A DNA stretch of 64,000 nucleotides, from positions 480,924-544,923 of the forward strand of contig JAAOMT010000514.1 of assembly GCA_016748015.1 (NCBI GenBank). The letters are read 5' to 3'. The notes beneath the pieces are model-generated. The model made no database searches, had not been told where the DNA came from, and worked only from the letters and a program-made list of their open reading frames with translations. Numbering within the stretch: position 1 is the first letter of the stretch; each line of letters opens with the position of its first letter. This stretch comes from Geosiphon pyriformis uo1 (Eukaryota; Fungi; Glomeromycota). The position numbers and the translations under genes were made by a program. Shown piece after piece: positions 52,152 to 61,018 of this stretch.

Positions 52152-52889
52152 TTAGAATTGAGCTCCTGCAAAATTGTATGTATCTGTTCCTATGTCTTTG
52201 TTTATGTAATGTTTAATGGTTGCATTGAGTATTGTTTTTTGTAGGTCTTCGAACTGTCAATTAGTAATTTGTTCTATGTTGTTAACTGTTATCATTTTTA
52301 TAAATCTATACAACAGTACATTTAAACAGTATTGGAAAGTGGCATATAGTTGGTATGCTGCTTTGTAATATAAGATCAGGTTGCTTTTTCCAACAAATTT
52401 TTCTACTTGTTGTATTGCTTCTTTGTTGAAAGTTTTCTGGTTGAAGTCTCCATATGGCATCTTTAAGTCTAATTGTTCACCTACTTTGTAGAACCAATAA
52501 GCTGGAGGAAGTCTTTTTTTTTATTCCTTTGTATTGTCTAGTGTCTATTCTCTTGTTTTGGGAAGATTGATTTCACAAGCTAAAGCTTCTTTGATTTCTT
52601 TCAGCTTAGAGACCAAGTATCTTCTTTTATAAACTTTTTCTCATTCCTTCATGCTTTTTTTAAGTCCTGTCTGAGATGATTTAATTTTTTTTTGTAAAAT
52701 TCTTTTCTCAAGTGGGATGTAAAGATGAGAACAGTTAGTTCTAATTAAATTCACACCCATTTCTTTTTTGTTCCTATCTTTATAGAGTATTTTTTTTCTA
52801 TCAATTGTCACTTCTATTTGAGCAGAAAATTGTTGAATTGTATCAAATAGTTGTTTTGAAAGTTGTAGAATTTGATCTGACAAATCCAT
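52152..52889 (-). pseudogene. Extra ORF3 of G1 between integrase and PPT (~245 codons, unknown function)
   Basis: ORF-track pieces 52641-52889 and 52257-52460 are in one frame that ends ...YNFAGAQF* next to the PPT. Only point-mutation stops interrupt it. A homologous region is present in G4. Confidence 0.7.
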
Positions 52890-53084
52890 GTTGAAAGTTC
52901 TATCATTTCTTGCTGTTTTTCAGATGCTATATATATTTGAATTTTCTAATTTAATTTGCTACATATTGTCTATATTTTGATGACAATGATTGGTTCCAGA
53001 TCTTATGATATATCTTTTGGTCTGATTAATGAAATTTGTGTTCTTAGCTGAGGTACTGATAATGATAATTTCTGTTTTGCATGA

Positions 53085-54330
53085 TAAATTTTTAACCATT
53101 TTCTATGTGCTACTTTTTTTAAAATTCTGTTTTCCAATCGTAATTTGTAAGCTCTATTTCTTAAAACTTTGTGTATGTGAAATAGACTATTCCACTTTGG
53201 GTCAAATTTTCTGCTCCATTGTTTTTCTGCTTTTATATGATGTAATAGTACTTGGTCTCCAATCTTAAATTCTATTGGTTGTTTGAGTAGATAATTATCA
53301 TGTCTTTCTTTTTGTCATTCTTGAGCATTACTAATATTGTCAGCTGCTATTTTATGATTGTTTTCTAACGTTTCTATTAGCTGGTACATTCTTTGGCATA
53401 AGGTATCTTCAAAATTTTCTTCATTGATAGTTTTTGTTGGATAGAACACTATTTTTTGTTCAATAGATAACATTGTTTTTCTTCCATAGACTAATTCAAA
53501 TGGTGTAAATTATGTTGTATTTTGCTTTAATGTTCAATATGCAAAGAGTACTGAAGATATGAATAAGTCCCATTCTTGTTTGTTTTCGTAATTTATTTTT
53601 GCTAATGCTTCACATAATGTTCTATTAAACTGTTCTACCAGTCCATTTGTTTGTGAGTAATATGGTAATGATAGAAGTCATTTTATACCAAAACATTGAC
53701 TCAATTCAGTTAATGTAGTATTGACAAAATATGTTTCTTGGTCTGACAATAGTTTTTTCAGGCATCCATGTCTGCATATTAAATCTTGGTGTACAAATTT
53801 GGCTACTGTTTTGGCATCAGCTACTTGAATTGCTCTGGTTTCTGGCCATTTTGTAAGATAGTTTATGGCTACTGTGATATAACAATTTTCTTTGGATGTA
53901 ATTAAGAAAAAACCAACCAAATCAATCCTAATTCTATCAAATGGATTTTTAATTGGAATGAGTCAAAGTGGTTCTATTATTCTGGCTTCTCCTCTTCACT
54001 GGCATGAGTTACAACTAAGAACATATTCGAAGATATTCTTATACATTGTAGGCCAATAGTATAGATTTGTTGTTTTTTTCAGAGTCGCATCTTTGTTGAA
54101 GTGTTTTGCAGTTGGGTTGGAATACATATTATATAATATAGCTTTTTTTTTACTGTTCTTGATCAATCGTTGTAAGGTGGTGTGGTTTCATCATTCTCAA
54201 TGATAGAGTTGGCCATTTTGAATAAAGTAATTTTGTGCTTGTTTTTGTATAGTATTTTGTTCCTGTTAAGATAATATCTCCTTGAAACATAGTGTTGATA
54301 GGTATTGATGTAATTGCTAATAAGTAAGTG
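53085..54330 (-). pseudogene. G1 integrase (HHCC, DDE core, GPY/F-like C-terminus)
   Basis: NPTAKHF...YYWPTMY...CNSCQ; RIRIDLVG; AINYLTKWPE; LSDQETYF; QTNGLVEQFN; FDPKWNSLFHI. Confidence 0.88.
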
Positions 54331-54349
54331 TATTCATGGGTTTGAGATT

Positions 54350-55640
54350 AGGTTTGTGGTATTCTCGATAAACTGTTGGCATTGGTGTTCTTAGATCCTT
54401 CCTTGTAATAAACTTTGAGTGAAAATTGTTACAGATAAGTACTCCATCTTACATATTTTCCTTCCAGCTGTGAGTTATTGAGTAACCAGATGAGTTTTTT
54501 ATGATTGGTATATAGATCAAATAGTTGCCTGAGGTAGTGTTTTCATGTTTGTATGGCCCAATAAATGGTGAGGCATTCTAAATCTGTTGTGTTATATATT
54601 TTTTCTGCTGGGCTAGTACTGTAACTGGCCTAAACAATTGGATATTCTCTTCTCTCTGGTCCTATTTGTGATAATACAGTTTCTAGTGCATTTTTTGATG
54701 CATCTGTAGTGACAATAAATTGTTTGGTAAAGTCAGGATAAATCAGTATTAGAGATGTGATTAATTGCTGTTTAAGATAGTCAAAGGCCTTTTGTTGCTC
54801 TTCTTTCTATAGGTACAACACATATTTTAACAACAAGTAATGAAGGGGTTTTGTGATAGTTGAGAATTTTTTGACAAAATTGGTAGTAGTATCCAGCCAG
54901 TTCTAAAAATCCTCATAGCTCTCATAGATTGATTGGGGCTGGAAAATCCTTAACCTTTTGAATTTTGTCTGAATCGGGTTTTACTCTATCTTTGCCAATC
55001 ACATGTCTTAAGAATTTCAGTTCAGTTTTTCTGAAGAAGCATTTATCAGGATTAAGTTTCAATTCAGCATCTTGAAGGCATTCAAAGACTTGTTGCAAGT
55101 GGAGCAAATGTTCATCGAATGTTTCTGAGAAGACATTAGTATTATCCAAGTATACTATGACTGATTTCCACAAGATTTTTTTATATATGACATCTATGAG
55201 ACATTGGAATGTAGTGAGAGCATTGCACAGTTCAAAAGACATTATGTTGAATTCAAAATTTCTATTTCAGGTGGTGAATGCCATTTTTTTTTTGTCTTTC
55301 AGGTCTATTTTGACTTGTTAATATCCACTGGCTAAATCTAGTGACAAGAATCATTTCTTTTTTCCTAAGTTGTCTAGAATTTCTTGGATAAAAGAAGTGA
55401 AATAGCTATTTCCTCAGGTAACACTATTTAATTTCCAGTAATCCACACAAAATTGTATCTTTCCATTCTTCTTTGTGACTAAGACCACTGAAGAAAACCA
55501 AGTGCTTAATGATTCTTTAATCAGCCCATTGTTAAGCATTTATTGTATTTCCTGCTTAATCAAATTATCTCTAAATGGGAGTACTTGATAAGCTCGCTGC
55601 TTAATAGGTCGAGCATCTCCAGTGTCAATTTGGTGTTTCA
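54350..55640 (-). pseudogene. G1 reverse transcriptase-RNase H
   Basis: PIKQRAY, FSSVVLVTKK, FCVDYWKLN, LDLASGY, MSFELCNALTTFQ, VYLDNT (from YLDD), LKLNPDKC, FIVTTDAS, YTNHKKL. Confidence 0.9.
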
Positions 55641-56082
55641 CAATGTCGGTGCATCTGAACTCATTTTTGCTGGCAAAAACATTGGCATATTGGTTCAATA
55701 GAATCTTAAATTGCATTTGCTGTAAAGTGCTCAGGTTTCCCAAATTGAGTTTATTGATTTCTTCTAGTATGAACAAGTAACTTTTCTTTGGCAAGTTCTA
55801 TACTTGTGAGATAATGTCACAAAACAAAAACAATTAAGTGAAATCTGGAATGGGTTAGGGTTTTTCTGAATTCTGAATATCTGAAGATATAGAACCAATG
55901 AGAGTTCCTTCAGGAATTTTGATAATGTCTTTGGTTAGATTATGGATAGGAATTTTAAAGTGTTTATAAGCTTTGGCTGGTACATACAGGTTAGCAATAT
56001 TGGTTAATGAACAGATCTCGGGATTGGCTTCAAAGACTAATGCTTGGTTTTGAATCTTTTGGTCGACTTTGAGAATATACTG

Positions 56083-56679
56083 CTAATAAAAAAGAATGGA
56101 AATAATGGTGTTAGTGTAGATAAGTTTTATCTGATCACTATTTTCCTTCATAAAATTGATCATTATGTTCCCTTTTCTACTTGAGCCAAACCCCTTAATT
56201 CCTTGGGCAGTAAAGCCTAATTCTTCTTGGGTGGTAACTGGGGCTAGTTGAGATATTTTGATTAAAGATAAGAAAATGACTTGGGCAATCTTTTTATAAG
56301 ATTTGATCTTGTAGGATTTATCTGAATTGTTCTGTAGCATCACAATAATGTTTTCCATATATTTGGCATTAATAATTCCTTCTTTTTTGTTGATTTTTTT
56401 CTTTGCAAGGCTTGATTTAAATGCTACTTGTATCATGGTACTAACAGAAATTTCTAGTGTTATTTTGAGATCTATTTTTATCAGAGAATGTAGAGCTATA
56501 ATTATGGATGACTGTCCAAGATATCTTAAGTCAAAACCTGTATTGGTCTCATGTGCTTTTTCTGGACATATCCCTTCGTCATTATTACTATACCACTTTA
56601 ATTCTAATTTTTTGGAGAGATCAGAATACATGAGATATTGTTCTATTTTAGTAGTCTGATTTGGCTCTTGAAATAACAT
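56083..56679 (-). pseudogene. dUTPase domain within G1 pol (between protease and RT)
   Basis: All five trimeric dUTPase motifs in decayed form: TGFDL, KSSLAKK, GIINAKYMENI, KIAQ, QGIKGFGSS. Confidence 0.88.
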
Positions 56680-57599
56680 GTCTTTAGTGAGTAATTCCTT
56701 TTTTTCCTTGGGCTCAGGTAATTCAGTGATTGGATATAAGATTCTGGAAGATGAGTTGAATATGAGATTACACTCATCGCAGTATTGGAAATGACAAGGA
56801 ATTAAGCAGTGATCGCATAGTTTGATATTTAGATCAGCTAAACACTGTTCTTGCTCTTCTCAGATCAGGGCCAATTCTTAATATCAGTTTTAAAATGTGT
56901 CAGAGTTATCTGTAATGAAATCATCTGCAGAGTAGTCAGGTCTATTATATTTGGACATCCAAGAGTTGTTCTTGATTTCTTATATTTCTTCAAATATGAC
57001 ATTTTTGGCTTTGGTGCTTGCCATTCTCCAAATTTTGTGATCATTATATGGATAAACCATTTAGCCTATTGAGTGCTTGTTTCCAAGCGTCTTTGATGGG
57101 AGTTCTCTTTCATATTCAATCATTGATTAATATGGTGTACTAACAAGCCTTGTTGCATGTTCTTTTTCTGTCAGGCACATCATTCCAAAGTCCTTCATTG
57201 GGCAGGATCTCACCACATACAAGGCACGGTGTATTGTCTCACTTGCCTTGTCGTTTTGGTCATCCAAATCTTTTCAGTAAATAAGATCTGCAGTAGTATT
57301 TGGTGGTGATAGGCCATTCTTTATTGTCTCTGATACATGTATCCATAGTGGATAGTTTCTTTTCACAATTGACACATATTAGTCTTAGAGATTGGTAAAA
57401 TAGGTTTCTTTGGTTTGAGATTACATATTCTAGTGATGACAATTAGGGTTCTTTTTCGGCTCTGCCTTTTTTTTTTTCTTCCCAGGTTGGTGATGGGAGT
57501 AGTTCAGTTTGATAATCGTCTGCCCATGAAACCTAATAGATCTCAATGGTCAGTGGTAGTAGTGCATCTTTGAATTCAATAAGGGGTTTCTTGGTATGT

Positions 57600-57985
57600 T
57601 GGGTTTCAAAGTGTCTGCACATAACTGGAACTCAGGCATGTCATCCATTAAAGGTGATTTGTAATTCCTGTGTGTTTTAGTCCAGAATAATATTGGCTTT
57701 TGACAACCAATCATTTCCTACCAGAGCTTAATATTAAGTAGCTTCTATAATGAGTACTTTGGTAGAGATCTGGATTCCATTAATCTCAAAGGAGAAGTTG
57801 TCAATTTCTCCTATGGGGGTTTTTGTGTTTCTATCCACTATAATGATCTGGATGGTAGTGGCATGATCTACTCAGTGATCTAGTTGGTCCATGAACTGCT
57901 TCGTAATTATGCTACTGGCTAATCCACTATTCAGGATTAATTTAATGTTTATTCCTCCAACTCTGGTATCAGTATATAAAACTGT
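57600..57985 (-). pseudogene. G1 aspartic protease (catalytic DSG mutated to NSG)
   Basis: VYTDTRVGGINIKLILNSGLASSIITKQFMDQL...TPIGEIDNFSFEINGIQI...ALVGNDWL; homologous to the G2 protease. Confidence 0.85.
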
Positions 57986-58099
57986 TATTGGTTTATCCTG
58001 ATTGATGGCTGCTCCACTAAAAAGGCTATGAGTGTTCAAATTATTGATGTCAAAAGGAAATATGACAGCTAGAGTAGTGTCTTTGATAATAATGGCTGG

Positions 58100-59987
58100 T
58101 GGAATATTACTTTTTGTTGGCTTAAAAAGTTAAGAGATTGGTTTTATATCCCTTTCTTCCACAGATGTAGATTTATCAAAACCCTGGTTTTCCATAAAAC
58201 TGAGGTAAAAAGCTTGATTTGAGTATCCAGTTGGTGCTGGTCAAAATTGGGCAGGACTATGAAGGATTGGTCGAAACAGTCCATTGTTAGTTTGCATCTG
58301 ATTGTTGTTGAGATTCCTCCATCTCTGATTATAGTCTATGGCTTAAGATCTGGGCTGGTTGTAAAGGGAAGTTTAATAGTGAGGAATTGCTTGTGTCATT
58401 GGTGATAGTTGATAATAATTCCAGGACAGTGGTTGAGTATATGGGACTTGTTGTGTGTACTGGAGTGGTTGATTTTGAGGTATGAAATATTGAGATATTA
58501 TGTTTTGTTAATATCTTGGTTGCTGGTATTGGTTTCTTTGAGTTTGGTCTATTATTTTCTTTCTGCAGTCATGAGCAATGTGTTCAGATTTCTGGCAGTA
58601 GTAACAGTTGTGGAGATCAGATCTCTAAGGTTGTTGCTGTTGCTAATGGTTCTGTTGCTGTGAGTATCTGCTGTTGTTGTTATTTTCTCTTTGTTGTGGT
58701 GGTTGGTAAGTTCCTGTAGTTCCGGCTAAGAATCCCTTAATTTTCTGAGTTAATTTCTCACTTAATTGAGTTATCTTTGCATCAATGTCAGAGGTTTCAT
58801 TGATGGCTAAATTTATAACTTGGGTATGGTTCACTTCTTGTTCTGTAAATTCAAAATCATGAGTGAGAATGACTGCTTCTTGTAAGTTTGTTGGATGGTG
58901 AAGTCATATGGATTTTAAGAGACTGCTTTTTAGTCCTTTAATGAATTGATTGAGGACTTGCATGGTGGTATAATAATTCTGCTCAATGGCTAGAATTTGT
59001 CAAAGGACCTAATTGAATCTTTTGAAATAAGTAGTTACTGCTTCATGGTCATTTTGTTTTATTATACTGAATTGATTTTGCAATTGGATAAGTGTATTAG
59101 GATTACAGAAGTATTACAGAAATGCGAGTTTAAACTCTGTAAAAGAGATAGGTTTCTCTGCAAGGCTCTGGTATTACGAATTGGCAGTTCTAGTCAAAAA
59201 AAATAGTAGTGCCTAAATTGTGTAGTCATCATTCCAATTATTAACAGTAATTGCTTTCTCAGCATCCATGATCCAAGAATATGCATTATTTTCTTCACCA
59301 AAGAATTTCTCCAATTTAGCAATATCCCAGTAAGCCATGATCCAGTTAATGGGTGAAGTGTTACTGGTTACATTTAAGGGGATTGGTGTCCATGTATTTG
59401 AGTATTCTCTGGGTGCTAATGCTAATTGTTTCTCTTTGTTGCTTGAACCAATAGGTTGTAAGATAGCTGTTTCTTCCATCAGAAGAGATATTGATTCTGC
59501 TGGGTTTTGTGCTGGTGGTTGTTCCCAAGTTGACATGTTTCCTTCTGTTTAATTGGCTGTTGAGATAAAATTTCCAAACAGTGATTTGTATTCTCCTAGT
59601 GATTTGGTCCAACTTTGTTGACCCCAAGAGTGTGGATTTTTAGGAGTTTATGGTGTTTCCAACTGGGTTTCCAGAGGTGGATTGAATACAATTCTACTTT
59701 GGGGTGTCTGATGATATGATGGAGTTGTTGGGGAGAGAAACTTTGGTTTTTTGTTGACCATAGACTTATCTTGGACAGTTGTGAGATTATTGGATCCATA
59801 CTCATATTTTTCCAAATCAGATTCTACTGGTTGTTATACTTAAAAGAATTGTTTTGTCACATAGTGTTTAATGTCTGTATTGACTATATGTAGAGTTTTA
59901 GCAATTGCTCGAGTAGTAGTAGTTGTTAAGTACTCTAGTAAGCTTTGATGAATTTGTTTTTCAAGTTTTCCTGTATTAGTTGTACGG
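58100..59987 (-). pseudogene. G1 gag relic
   Basis: DIAKLEKFFGEENNAYSWIMDAEKAITVNNW, QVLNQFIKGL, knuckle relic CYCQKSEHIAHDC. Confidence 0.8.
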
Positions 59988-60973
59988 TGTTATCAGACAA
60001 AATTAGAAATATTGTTTAGCATGAAATTATCATTATAAATCTTATCATTAATTAGCATATATTATCGTTTCAAATTATCACTTATTACATTAGCAAAATG
60101 TCTGAAATTATCATTTAATTAATAATCCAATTTGTACATAACACAAATGTAATTTAAGTGCAATAATCAATCATGCAATACCCCAAAATATGTAATATTT
60201 AAAAGTTCGCCAAAATTTGTAGAAATTTGCCGAAATAATTGATAGTTCACCAAAATATCTAATAGTTTGCAGAAATAACTTGTAGTTCGCCAAAATATAT
60301 CTTTAGTTCAGCGAAATTGTAGAAAAAAGCAAAGTTCAAGTTTATAGAATAGTGTTACAACAAGTTGTATAAAAGAAAAGCTTCTCTCTTTGAAAAAATA
60401 TATCTTACTTCAGATTTAATAATTAGAATCATTCTTTACACACAAAAACAAAATAAATATCAAATAAATTTGAAAAGCCAAATTCTTAAATTATTTTCCT
60501 TGAAATTAACCAATTTCTACTAACAGTTTGAAATTGATTAGCTACCAATTTCAGTAGACTGTTAAAGCACTTCCAGGCCTGGATCCAAAATGACTTCCAT
60601 AAATCATCAGTTTTACTTTTTCTTTTACATTTCTTTTATTCTCTTTCTTTTCTTATTATAAATCATTTGGGTATCCTACAGACAAGAATTCCTGTAGAAG
60701 AGTTGATTTTTACAGCAAAGTAACTACACATTTTTAGTGAGCTTCCAGACAAGCAATTTCTGGAAAAGAGTTGATATTTACTACAATGTAACTATACAAA
60801 GTAACTGGCACAGAATTGGCCATTCCACTTATAAGCCCAGCAGTTCAAATTATAGGAAATAATTTGAAGATAAATTCAGTTATTGGAGGTTCAAACACTT
60901 CCCATAATTGTGAATTAACAGCATTACAACAAACTTACAAGAGCTAAGAAGAGACCAAAAACCTCCAGTAACA
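59988..60973 (+). repeat. 5' LTR of G2 (~986 bp) with a ~20-bp tandem array at 60204-60320
   Basis: TG...CA termini, (agttcgccaaaata...)n array, TATAAAA at 60368, followed by TT and the PBS. Confidence 0.85.
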
Positions 60974-61018
60974 TTTGGTGCTCTTCCACGGAAACAACAC
61001 AGCAAAAACAAATTCAAA

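Larger units (their letters stand above)
51143..59987 (-). mobile_element. Ty3/Gypsy element G1: gag-PR-Cys-rich domain-dUTPase-RT-RNase H-IN-ORF3-PPT-3' LTR; 5' end displaced by G2
   Basis: Gypsy domain order PR-RT-RH-IN. 3' LTR 51143-52138 (TGTTAT...ATAACA) is preceded on the minus strand by the purine tract aaaagagaggaataa. Confidence 0.92.

Noticed and set aside
60204-60320. CRISPR-like repeat array (also 46037-46120)
   Set aside because: Degenerate head-to-tail units without unique spacers, inside eukaryotic LTRs; no cas genes.
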